DNA of 64,000 bases from the human T2T-CHM13v2.0 reference genome, Homo sapiens: NCBI RefSeq assembly GCF_009914755.1, contig NC_060928.1, one strand, 5' to 3'. Shown piece after piece: positions 39,960 through 52,230 of this stretch. The translations under genes were made by a program, and so were the position numbers. The notes under the pieces were generated by a model, which made no database searches, had not been told where the DNA came from, and saw nothing but the letters and a program-made list of their open reading frames with translations. Each line of letters begins with the position of its first letter. The first letter of the stretch is position 1.

Positions 39960-41800
39960 GGTCCACAACCCTAATCAACAACGTGCCTATAGTTTCTTAG
40001 AGTTCTTCATTTTATTTGGAAAATAGAAGCAACTGGTAGAGTCCTGCCTCCTTTTCCCATCACCAGCACCATCAGCCTAGCTATATCTGTGCCTATGCAC
40101 TTTATTTACCACCTATGGCAAAGCCTAAACTATCTTCATGTACTTAAAGCCTTGCTGCCATTTGTACACTGTTCCTGCAATTATCCCCCTACAAGTGTGT
40201 GTGCACACACTTATGAATCCCGAGTTTCTCCTTTTCTACAGCATCCTTCCCAATAGCAGGCAAAAGTGTTGTTCTACCTCTTATTTTATATCACGACACT
40301 CTTATATCAATGAAGACCATGTACTCTTCTAATGAGTGTCACATCTTCCACTCCCCCTCAGAGCAGAACTCCTAAATGAGCTGTCCTGACTCATATTCTC
40401 TACTCCTTCACTTGTGTTTCTCTCTTCAGCCAACTCTAGTCCACTGAAATTGTACTTATCAAGGTTGCTAATAATCTCCATTGTGACAAATTCAATGGCC
40501 AGTTCTCTGTCCTTATATTATATTAGAATTTGGCCCAAGCAATTCATTAGTCAATCATGAAAGTATTTTTTTCACTTTGCTTCCCATTTTAGTTTCAGTT
40601 TTTGGTTTTGTTTCTTTGTCTTTGTTTTTTCTGTCTACCTCAAGGCCTATCTCTTGCATCTCTTTCTTACTTCTACATGATCTAGGGACCTAGCCTTTAG
40701 GGCACTCACTGCTTATGTGATTCCATCTGTTCCAGTGATTTGTAAATTTACCAGTGTTTCTACTGTGCTCCAGATTCACTCATTCAACACCCATCTCATG
40801 GGGATGTCTAACAAGAATAGACAGAATAGACAGTTTCAAAATAGGAACTGTTGACTTTCCTTTATAAACCTGTTCCTCTCTTAATTTTTTAAATTTTTTA
40901 TCTCAATAGATAACATGGTCATTCATCAAAATGTTCAGTCCACAAATTTAGGAGTTATTCTTGAATGATAATTTATCATATATTCTCACTAACTCACTCA
41001 ATAAGTGCTGCTGGTGCTGCCTACAGACTTTATACCAAATTCTCTGACTTTCCACTGTGAATCCTGCTACTGTCCTAGTCCACATCTTTGTAGTATGTCA
41101 CTTAGAGTACTGCAATAACCTCCTGCTTCCCCGTTTCCCAGCTTTCATTCTTTCAGCAGCAGCAAGCATGATCTTTTCAAAATGGATACTTTCCTCGGAA
41201 CTCTCAAATAACTTATCACTTTCAAATAGAAACTTATACTCAAAATAATTGAAAACAGGTATGCAAATAAATACTTTTACATGAATGTTCATAGTAGCAC
41301 TATTCAAAATGACCAATAAATAAAAAGAACCCCAAGTCTTTCAACTGATTAATCATTAAAAAGTCATAGTATATACATGCAATGGAATAGTATTTGACCA
41401 TTAAAAGGAATGATACACTGATACCTGCTACAATGTGGATGAACATCGAAAACTAAGTGAAAGAAGTCAGCCACAAAAGGTTGCACGTTGTACGTTTCTT
41501 TTTATATGAAATATCCAGAATGGTTAAATCCATAGATACAGAAAACAAGCCTCCTACCTAGCTTATAAATTTCATTATCTACCACTCTCCATTTACATCT
41601 CCCATTTTAACCACGCTGGTCTCTTTGCTTATTTTTAGTCTCAGCATATTCTAACTTAGTTTATTTATGATTGCTTTTCTATTTGCTTGGATTTCTCCTA
41701 AATCAAATCCTAGAGTGGCCTATTCTAGCATTTCTTTAAAGTAGCGTCTTAAAATATCACCTCTCACAAACACCTTCCCTTCCACTCTATCCAAGTCTAC
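39960..41800 (+). mobile_element. L2 LINE, interrupted by L1 at ~41225-41550
   Basis: ccactgaaattgtacttatcaaggtt, ggatgtctaaca, ttaggagttattcttga, tactgcaataacctcct. Confidence 0.7.
41225..41550 (+). mobile_element. L1MB-type ORF2 end / 3'UTR fragment
   Basis: atgttcatagtagcactattc...caatggaatagtatt...aagtgaaagaagtcag...atccatagatacagaaa. Confidence 0.78.
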
Positions 41801-42439
41801 ACAGACATCTCTAAAAACCATGTAGATTATAAGCAGCATAACTACCCACAAAAACATTTTTAGCATAACTAAAATACATTCAATACAACAAATTTAAAAT
41901 TACCTCAGCAAAGTATATAAATGACACCTGTAACAATAGTTCTGGCTCTGGAGCCCACACTGAATTAGAAAGACAGACAGAGACTGTGCATCAGGAGGAG
42001 AGGGGGAGACCTAGCAGCGGCTGAGAGTGGATAAAATCAGACCCACAAATGAGAATCCCATAGTGATACTGAGAATAGGTCTAAGGAAATATTGAGCACA
42101 GATATAAGAACAGATGAAATAGAAAAGAAGGTGTTTGAAATTATGTGAGACTAAATATAACAGTCTTGGGAAGATATGGTTTCTGGGGCAAATTAGAAGT
42201 GTATGGAAAATTCTTTGGTGGCTCTGTGGCTAAAGGAAAAATAAAAGAATGAAAAGGTTAAAATTAAAGGCCCTACTGAAAAAAAAAAGAGAGTCACTAT
42301 ATCAGAAAACCGTATAATATCAAAATATAAAAACACCCCCAATTAAATAAGTTTTTTTTTCATTAACTACACAAGACAATGTTCATGAAGAAGAAATCTA
42401 TAAAGGCAATAAAATTTTCTCTGACCTTCCACCGGTGGT

Positions 42440-43211
42440 TGCTTGTTTAGGAAAACCTTAGTACCTCAAAATGAACAGAAAATCATTGGCAATACCTATA
42501 CAAATTTATAGAAAGAAAAAAAAACAGACAGCAAAAATTTTCAACTGATGAAATTTCTCTTCCTTCCAAAAGTAAGTAAAAAAACAGCAACCAAGAAACA
42601 ACAACAACAAAAATAAACAAAAAACCCTGTCTTAAATATATTTTTAAAGAATTACCTGGAAATATTAAAAAATTATATTTCTAATCAGTGAAACAAAAAA
42701 TAGCAATGGAGAAAGCATACAAAGATGTGAAATGAAATCTAAAAAGGTCAGAAAAGAGAAGAAAAAGAAAAACAAACTCAGCAGCAAAGCATCAGCCATT
42801 AGGTAGCTACAGAAGAATAGATTCTAATGAGTATTTTATAAATGGCATATAAGTGCCACTGGGGAAGGAAATGAAGAAAATTCAAACAACACAACAGAAA
42901 AAATTATAAAGGTTATAACTGAAGAAAGTTTTTCAGAAATAAGGATCTTCAGCCACATGTTGAAAAGTCACATTTTGGTAATTCTTAAATATGTTCTAGA
43001 AAAATTTTTAGTTCTTAAGGATATTTTAAAAAAAAACCTCTGGACTTTCAGGCAAACAGATCAAATTACTTACAAAGGAAAAAAGAAAATTAGGTTGTCG
43101 TGAGAAATCTTCACAGCAATAGTCAAAATAAAGCAGCAGTAAAGCCTTTTTTAAAAAATGCAAGGAAAGACTATATGAGCTAAGGTACCTTTCTGGCATC
43201 AAGATTATAAA
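42440..43211 (+). repeat. Inverted repeat arm 1 (~772 bp)
   Basis: Reverse complement of 46218-46989, aligned by hand end to end. Confidence 0.97.
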
Positions 43212-43441
43212 GACATAGTTTTAAACTTAAAATTATTTTGTGAATACTATACTCACAAGAGAATGAGTATATCTAACTTAGGGATTATTAAATAAACTTG
43301 ACAAAGGAAGATAGTGAACACTGAATATATTTAATCGTAGATCCCAGGCTAAAACAAAGGTGTTAAAAGGGGTAGAATGATAAATATGTTCTGACAAATT
43401 AGAATTTTGCAGTTCAAACTAATGGATAAAGAAAATAAAAT

Positions 43442-43735
43442 GACCAGGCACAGTGGCTCATGCCTGTAATCCCAGCACTTTGGGAGGCTGGGCCCAGTGG
43501 ATCACTTGAGGTCAGGAGTTGGAGACCATCCTGGCCAACATGGTGAAACCCCATCTCTACTAAAAATACAAAAATTAGCTGGCCATCATGGTGGGCACCT
43601 ATAATCCCAGCTACTCAGGAGACTGAGGCAGGAGAACTGCCCAGGAAGTGGAGGTTGCAGTGAGCCAAGATCGTGCCATTACACTTCAGCCTGGGCAACA
43701 GGGTGAGACTGTCACAAAAAAAAAAAAAAAAAAAA
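43442..43735 (+). mobile_element. AluSx/Sz
   Basis: Dimeric Alu with A-tail; ggatcacttgaggtcaggagtt. Confidence 0.92.
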
Positions 43736-46029
43736 TCCTTGATTTTCATGTAGGTAATAGATGGCAGTCAATTTAAAGCTCAATTAGTAGCCTAAATAAC
43801 GGAAACAATGGACTAAATGGACTAAGAGCTTTGTAAAATCTTAACTTTCTCTCAAAGAGCTGATGGTACTCTCTGCAAAATTCTTCTAAAGTGGCGTAAA
43901 AAATGAGGGTGACTAAATTCTTGGGAGGATTTCTATATTAAAATATTGAAAATTTTACCATAAATTTAGGAATCTGTTGAAATTCTGAGCAAGAAAACCT
44001 ATACTGTATGTGCAAGAACTCTGCTGAAACAGTATGGTAGAGTTGTAAAATGTATAGAAACTTGTATATGCCTTTGCAAATGAAGTAACAGCCTTTGAAG
44101 TCTCCTTAGTTCAAATCCCAATCTATATAGTTGAATTTTCTTTCTTTCTGACTTTCTCTTCCTTTCCTTTTCTTTTTCTTTTCAAAATGAATGTGTTTTT
44201 TAAACTGTTCCTGCAAGTTGTGTCTGTTTGTAAATATGTGGGGTTTTCTTCAGTTTTTTTGTTGTTGCTTGCGTGTTTTGATGGAAGTGGTGTTTGTGTG
44301 TTTTGATGGTAGTAGACATGGCAGTATTGCTGGAGATAGTTGATGTAAATCATCTACTTCCAAATGCATTTTACAATGTGGTATATATCAATTTTTGCTT
44401 TTGTGATCTTTTGCATCGGCCATAGATAGCTGTTTTTCATTTTTTTTGCTTAATGAAGTAAAAAGCAATATAAATAAAATTTCTCCTTCCAAATGAATCT
44501 CATTCAGCTGCGTTCAACTATGAAAGAGCTCTCAAAAAAGACTACTCATTAATTTTCATTTCAAAAATATTTTGTAAAGTGGTTCATAGGCCTTTGTTAA
44601 TGGCTTGCCTAATGTCCTTGGATCACCATATGTTCTCTTCACAAAGTATAGGCCCATAGAGAAATAAATTTCCCTCTTAGTTTTTTAGGTTAGATTGTTG
44701 GAAAAATATCAATAATTCAAATCAGATGATTGTATTTCTAATCAAAATTTTTTGGGATTTTTGATGGCATGAAAACAAAGAAATGTTTTTAACTTTTTTA
44801 CTGCATTGGCAATATATGAATAAAAGAATGGAGATGAGGAAATGAAGGAATCTACTGAATTAACTGCATGATCCTCTCTATACTTTCCCTACTGCAAGAG
44901 AAAACAATATACACATGGCCTTCTAATCACTTGGTTGGTTCCCCTTGAAAGCAGCCCTCAGTAGTTTCTTACTACACTGCTATCACTCTGAACATAAGCT
45001 GGAGACAAAGGGCTGCTTTGTACGGAGTGAAAAATAATCAGGGTCTGGTGAGAGGATAGATAGAAGGATGCTCAACACCAACCTCACCATCAGGAGGAGA
45101 CCACAGTCATTCCTTTTGTAATAAAACATACAAAGCCAGAACCTGAATGGAACGCAAGGACTCTCTTTGGAGAAAAATCTTCCTTATTCTCTTTAATGTA
45201 TGACATTTTCATAATCTTCTTGATTTTCATTTTTCCTTGTGGGGCCAAAATCAGTAATTTGAATTAAATCTCCTATTTATTCTAACATATGTAGTTGAAG
45301 TCCATTTTATCCCCTCTCCCACAATATCTGAATTCAGGAATTTTTTATTGTTGTTTGTTTGTTTGTTTGTGGTCTTTTTGCCCTTAGCAGCTAGAAGTGG
45401 AGACCTTGGTTTCTCTGATTCTATTTCCAAGTATTTCTGGAAGATCAGCATTCTACTCTCTCTTCTAAGACAGTGTTGTCTTATATTAAAATTTATGATT
45501 TTGGTGAGATGCTTAAGCCTTTACCCCAATTCAAGGTGGTGCCCTGATTCTTCAAAGTCCTCCTGCCTTTACTAAGATAGATCTTCTCAAGTGCTTTACC
45601 TTTAGTTTTCCCTAGGGCTCCCTGCTCATTATTTTGGCCTCTTTCTGTCCATAAGTAATGTTAATTATGATAATACTGCTAAGATATTAGTAGGAAGTAT
45701 CAAGGTCCTGTCAACTAACCTTTATTCTACAGTATTTGAAGCAGTCAGATGGAAAGGAGAAGAGTCAAGCCATTAAGTGCCACTTTTGATATGCGTAGTA
45801 GGAGGTTATTCACTTTGGTTTATTTGACAGTAACTTACTTAAAAAAATTTTTTTTATCATTTTAGATTTCTGTTACTGGCTACTAAAGAGTCGATGATAG
45901 ATGATTATATGATACAGTTTCATTCCACCATCTTTACCTACATTTTTCTTTTAAATATTTATATCAATCATTAATATTTTTGAGAGAGATGTGTGTATAC
46001 ATACACATATATATGCATATGTGTATGTG

Positions 46030-47329
46030 TACACAATCATTTGCTGGAATGGCTCACAGAACTTAGGAAAACCGTTTGCTTACTAGATTACGGGTTTATT
46101 GCAAAAGGATACAACTCAGGAACAGCGGAATGGAAGAGCTGCACTGGGGAAGGTACATGGAAAGGGGAGCTGAGCCTCCATGTTCTCTCCAGGCATCCCA
46201 TCCTCCCAGCACTTGCACTTATAATCTTGACGCCAGAAAGGTACCTTAGCACATATAGACTTTCCTTGCATTTTTTAAAAAAGGCTTTACTGCTGCCTTA
46301 TTTTGACTATTGCTGTGAAGATTTCTCACAACAACCTAATTTTCTTTTTTCCTTTGTAAGTAATTGATCTGTTTGCCTGAAACTCCAGAGGATTTTTTTT
46401 AAAATATCCTTAAGAACTAAAAATTTTTCTAGAACATATTTAAGAATTACCAAAATGTGACTTTTCAACATGTGGCTGAAGATCCTTATTTCTGAAAAAC
46501 TTTCTTCAGTTATAACCTTTATAATTTTTTCTGTTGTGTTGTTTGAGTTTTCTTCATTTCCTTCTTCAATGGCACTTATATGCCATTTATAAAATACTCA
46601 TTAGAATCTATTCTTCTGTAGCCACCTAATGGCTGATGCTTTGCTGCTGAGTTTGTTTTTCTTTTTCTTCTCTTTTCTGACCTTTTTAGATTTCATTTCA
46701 CATCTTTGTATGCTTTCTCCATTGCTATTTTTTGTTTCACTGATTAGAAATATAATTTTTTAATATGTCCAGGTAATTTTTTAAAAATATATTTAAGACA
46801 GGTTTTTTTTTTGTTTCTTTTTTGTTGTTGTTTCTTGGTTGCTGTTTTTTTTAATTACTTTTGGAAGGAAGAGAATTTTCATCAGTTGAAAATTTTTGCT
46901 GTCTGTGTTTTTTCTTTCTATAAATTTGTATAGGTATTGCCAATGATTTTCTGTTCATTTTGAGGTACTAAGGTTTTCCTAAACAAGCAGAAGCTCTCAG
47001 AAACTCATCTTTTGGGGGTTTTAGAGAGGCCTCAATACACAGGCCTGATTCATTATATCACCTGCCAGTAGTGATAAAAAAATTCAGGCCATTTCTTCTC
47101 CCCAGAGGTGTTGTGTGGGACACTGGGGTGTCTGAAATTGGTAAAGTTCTAATCACTTGGTTGGTTCCCCTGGAAACCAGCCCCCATGCTTGGGCTTTCC
47201 AGGAGCCCCCAGCCCCCAGCAATCTCATTAGCATATGAAAATAGTTACCATTTCAGAGATTGCAAGAATTTAAAAGCTGTGTGTCAGGAAATGGGAAAAG
47301 AGACCAAACATATTTCTTACCATGTCACA
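46030..47329 (-). mobile_element. MER21C-like LTR, split in two (46030-46217, 46990-47329) by the inverted duplicate
   Basis: ggctcacagaacttaggaaa...ggatacaactcaggaacagc...cctcccagcac | agaagctctc...ctcattagcata...atatttcttaccatgtcaca (reverse complement starts TGTGA, the LTR start). Confidence 0.85.
46218..46989 (-). repeat. Inverted repeat arm 2 (~772 bp), the derived copy
   Basis: Reverse complement of 42440-43211; about 20 substitutions and a few small indels by hand count. Confidence 0.97.
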
Positions 47330-49827
47330 TTGACAATTATTTTGTATATTTAAGTTTCTCAGGCATCACATCGAGATGTATCATGTTCCAAACAAGAAAA
47401 CGGAACACAATAGGAGCTTTGAGACTGGGAGATGGCTTAGTTTTTATCCACCTAAAGTTAATTATAACTTCTGGAGCTGCTTCTGGAGTTAGACATATAT
47501 TGCTATCCAATAGAAAGAACAGCACTGGAATTCTCACTAGCTTGTTTTGTCATTTAAGCTTCCTAAATCGGATCTGCTTCTAGCTTCGGTTTTATAATGT
47601 ACAATGATATGTACTATAGAACATAGACAATACTTAAGTACCTTCCCTTTACCCCATCCCTAAATGAGACCTGAGCCATAGGAATGATGACTAGCACTGA
47701 AATAGTTGGTCACCTGGAAACTCTGTGAACTCTGAAATTTCCCCATATTGTATTATCAGGCTGAAAAAAAAAAAAAAAAAACATGTATAGTGACACCTGT
47801 AAGTGTACTTCAGATAAGAAGAGATTAAGGAGTAATAGTTCCCTGGTGCAGGTTTTACCATTATTCTTCCAATTTTTTCATTCTAGATGAAGGTAAACCA
47901 ATTGGAACACCACTTATTTTTGCACTTCCCTCTTTGCCCTCTCTTCGTTTTGTCTCTCCTTCAAATCAGCAGAGGCAGAAATGTGTTTTTAGTCAAAACT
48001 GCAGATTCACATACACACTCACACACAGACATCCATTTATTCCTTAGCATCACCCCCATATACTATACCTAAGGTCTCTCTTTGTCTACATTTTGATTAT
48101 CCACACCAAAATAAAATCTATGAAAACACCTGTACAACAGAATTAGTCTACTGAGGCCTAGGGCAACGTGGTGTAAATCTACTGTGCATTTGATAGGTGG
48201 TGGTAGCTTATTGCCACATCATGATGGATGATGTGTATCATCCAGAGCTGGACTCTGGAGTTGTCCCTTGTGAACATTAATTAGTAAGGCAAAATGGCTT
48301 GAGTTTTTGGATCAAAAGAGACTGTACTAATAAAAAGAGCAAAGGATACTATAAGGATAAAAAAAAAACCTGTGCTATTAAAATCTCTACAAGTTATGCA
48401 AAAACATAAGAACTGAATGAAATTGCCTTTAAATAGTTGGGTTCTTTGAATTGCTTACCTAAAGTTATTCTTACTATGGAGAAATAAAAACTTACTCTGC
48501 AGAAATGAGAAATTTATTATAGCTGAGCCAGATTATACATATGCATGTGTATACGTGGGAATATATATGACATATATCTATGAATATATATGACATATAT
48601 ATATAAAACATTTATCATTGAACATGACATTGAAATAATTAGAATCTAAAACTCCTTTAATATTTAATATACTGATGGCTTTGCTAAAATTCATATGGGA
48701 TATTTTATGCATAATTACTTACCAGGCAGGATTAATATGAGGATTACTATTTATGTGACAGAAACATTTGTAAACCACCTTGACCTTCTCAAAGAAAGGT
48801 TGCACTAGTGATTACAGAGTAATGTCTGCTTTCCTTTTAATCACAATCTAAGATCAGGTCTTCATTTCACAGTGGTAGAGGAAGTTGACATAACGAAAAA
48901 CATCTAAATAAGTAGGTGGATGATCTCGAGAGATGGTATGGATGATTATTTAAGAGTTTTATAGCCTTCTTTTGTTGGTTGAGTTTTTTTAATCTGTATT
49001 TATTGAGGATAACTTTATGTTTATTGACACCATATGTTAATACTATGTAAACACAGGATGTCTTCATATTTAGTTAATATTCCATGTGCGGAACTTCTCA
49101 AAGATTTCAAATAAGCCTACATACACTATCCATATGTTGCTTTTTAGCAAGGGTGCTAAAAATTGTAAAGATTTTAACTTAGCATGGGGATTTATGTATT
49201 TATATATATATACACACACACACATACATATTTTAGGGGGTTATGTATTAAATACTATTCCTGTATTAGAGGTTCGTGCTTGTCATCAGTCAGTATTTTT
49301 AGTATACATGTATGTATTGCCTTTACTGTCACCACTAATTCATACTTTGTGACTCCCCCTTGCATATATCCTACCTATGTAAATCTGTATTTGCACAAAG
49401 AAGTTACTAGAAATTTTGATTACTTCTTAATCATTCTTAATCAGAATTATTTAACTAATCCACTTTTAATGTTTAAAATTAAAGGATATATATATATCTC
49501 ACATATTCATTTATTTTAATAAACATTATTTGAGGGGCAATTATGAACTAGTATTTTATAAAGCATATTGTAGGATTAGGGAAAGAAGTGGAAGGGAGAA
49601 ATAAAAGATGATAAAATATTGAATAATATTTACCTGGTTCTCCAGAAGATCAAATTTCATGGTAAAGACTGAATCCAAGAGATGTACCTATAAAACAATT
49701 TATATGATAATTGAACAAGCATAAAGTAAGATATTTGAGCACTTTGTGGAGAGAAAGGGAATAAATTAATTCTGCTCATGTGTCAGTTGAAAGGCTTATA
49801 GAAATATGGGTGTTCTACATGCTAAAG

Positions 49828-50023
49828 TGTTTTAGTTTGTTCAGGCTGCTATGACAAAATACCACAGACTTGGTGGCTTATAAACCAAAGAAATTTATTT
49901 CTCAAGTTTCTGGAAACTGCATGCCTGATCACCACCCAGAAGCCCTACCTCTAATGCCATCATCTTCAGGAATACTATTTCAAAATATGAATTTAAGAGG
50001 AAAACAAACATTCAGCCCACAGC
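49828..50023 (-). mobile_element. MLT1A-type LTR with an internal deletion, within L2 (~49600-50760)
   Basis: tgttttagtttgttcaggctgctatgacaaaataccacagact...aacattcagcccacagca; both ends present but only ~200 bp long. Confidence 0.78.
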
Positions 50024-51029
50024 ACAGAGATAAGTGGGCATTCTTAGCAGAGGGAAATGTACACAGATAATAATATGAATAACACAGAGTTATCTTAAGG
50101 AAAAATCACGTAGTTTGCTGGGGCTGGAACTACAGCATAAAGAACCAGGGTGGTAAATTGAGGCTGGTATATGAAGAATTATTACATAGAGACAATCCAG
50201 GCCCCCACAGAAAATTTCAGCTGGAGTAGACACATGAGAAATTTTTGTTTCAGAAAGGTCACTTTTGATGACAATACTGAAGACATGCTGTGAGATTAGC
50301 AAGGAAGATAATTTATGTAGTGGCCAATATAATATTAATGAGATTTCCATGACAAATGGCTTATGGTCAAATGTAATTGTGAAATTCTCAGTCAATAGAA
50401 GCATTTTATAAAAGATTGACTAATGGGTCACTTGGAATTTTAATATGTTAATATGCACTGCGATACACACACGTGCATTAATAGTGTCTACATCATTATC
50501 CTAACTTGTTTTGCTGTAAGAACAAAGAACTGTACGTTGCTCAAGGCTAATGAAATAGTGGATCTGGGGGGTCTATTCCATATCTATTTAATACAAAAGT
50601 GTTATTCACTACTCTAGATTCATTTCACTGGAAAAATAAAAAGATGGTGAGTGATATTCTTAGTCAGTGGCAGAGGGATGGGAAGAAAGAGAAAACTTCA
50701 AGAGGTGATTAAAATAAATGACCAACAGAATTTGTTAAATGCTTAATGTAAGGTTCTTAACAGAGAGGCTTCATGAGGTAAACGAATCTCCCTATGTTGG
50801 GTGTGAAACCATGCTTCCATACACATTGGTGCTTCATTCTGAAAAAAAGGTATTTTAACTTTTGGCAGCTGTCTGTAACCACTAAAAGATTAAAACCCAT
50901 TGGTAATGGGCCAAAAATGGAACTCTGGCATAGACTAGATAGATCTAAAGAAGGGGAAAATGGAAATGAGAGAGACAATCTTGAGAAAGCAATGTTCTGA
51001 AGTCAAAGCAACAAGGAAGCTACTATACA

Positions 51030-51250
51030 GCAAGGGAATGAAGAGCACAGATGCTGGAGCCACATTGTGTGGGCACAAGTCTTGGTCCTACCCATAGCTA
51101 AGATTTTGTTTGGGAAATTTAGCTCTTTTATGAAAGCTATCCACATTTATAATGCAAATAAAAATAGCAGACAACCTCATAGGGTTGTAGTGATCATCAA
51201 ATGGTTTTATACATGCTAATTGCTTAGATAAGTGCTCAACACATAGGAAA
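51030..51250 (+). mobile_element. MIR
   Basis: aagagcacagatgctggagcca...acctcatagggttgtagtga. Confidence 0.6.
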
Positions 51251-51735
51251 TGAAAATCATGAACAAGGACCTTCCTGGTGATTTATATATGCTATTAATC
51301 CTCACAGCAACATCAGGTGGTGCTATTATGAATTTTCATCATGGAACACAAAAACTGTCATGAAAACTTAGTAGACCCACAATTCTGTTTTACTCCTAAA
51401 CTCAAGCTCCTTTAAGTACACTACATGGACGTGACAGACTTTCAAAACAGGGAGTTTGGAACCTGGATAATCTTGGCAAATCCTACAGAGGAAAAATACA
51501 AAAAGTAGCTACTAGATCAGTGTTTCTTATAGCAGGCAAACCTCAACCCCCCAAACAAAACAAAACAATTTCATAAGAATGGACTTGTTGATGGCAGATT
51601 GCAATACAAGATAAGCACATGTAAATAACAAATACAAACCAAAGTTGGATGAATTATCACAATAAAGGGGAAGAAGCAGATAGGTAGTATCTACAAAGAG
51701 TTAAGATAATGTGTTTTTTTTTGGGGAGGGGGAAG

Positions 51736-51770
51736 TGTGTGTGTGAGTGTGTGTGTGTGTGTGTGTGTGT
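51736..51770. repeat. (TG)n microsatellite
   Basis: Seen directly. Confidence 0.9.
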
Positions 51771-52029
51771 TTAAATGTTTACCTTTATGTGTGTTTGGAA
51801 GATGAGAGGCTTGAGCATACTAGCATGTTCAGGGAAAGGAACCATTGAAAAGAAAAAAGGTAATAATACTAAAGAAAGAGGGAATAATACTAACGGATGT
51901 ATCAAAAATTGGAATAGAAAATATCATTAAATAGGGAAGGATGTCTAGCTTCCTAAAACAGGAGGGAAGTTAAGGAATGAAGTGACCTCTATTCACCTCT
52001 GAACCCAGGGATTCGGTAACATAGATCAG

Positions 52030-52230
52030 TAACTCTTCCTGAGTGCTTACAATGCACTGTGCACTATTTTAAGCGCTTTCTGTAAATTAATTTATGTTGC
52101 TTTGAGGTAGCTAGTATAACCAAGAGGATAGTAGAGTAAAGAGAGGTCCTCCAGTGGCTGTTCTGGGCCATGAATTTGACAGTTAGTCTTTAGAATCCAT
52201 GTACTTTACTCCATGCACTGCCTCTCTGCC
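52030..52230 (-). mobile_element. MIR
   Basis: tgagtgcttacaatgcactgtgcactattttaagcgcttt. Confidence 0.55.

Larger units (their letters stand above)
41800..43830 (+). mobile_element. HAL1 / old L1 ORF1-like element (interrupted by an Alu); source of the inverted duplication
   Basis: A-rich decayed ORF1-like sequence (gatcaaattacttacaaaggaaaaaagaaaattagg...cttcacagcaa); family called from memory, boundaries approximate. Confidence 0.5.

Noticed and set aside
45245-45280. Kinase-like ITDFG peptide on the - strand (and PP2C-like FFGIFDG near 44748-44768 on +)
   Set aside because: No other kinase or phosphatase motifs in register and stops nearby; too little to call a pseudogene (kept only as an unassigned block)
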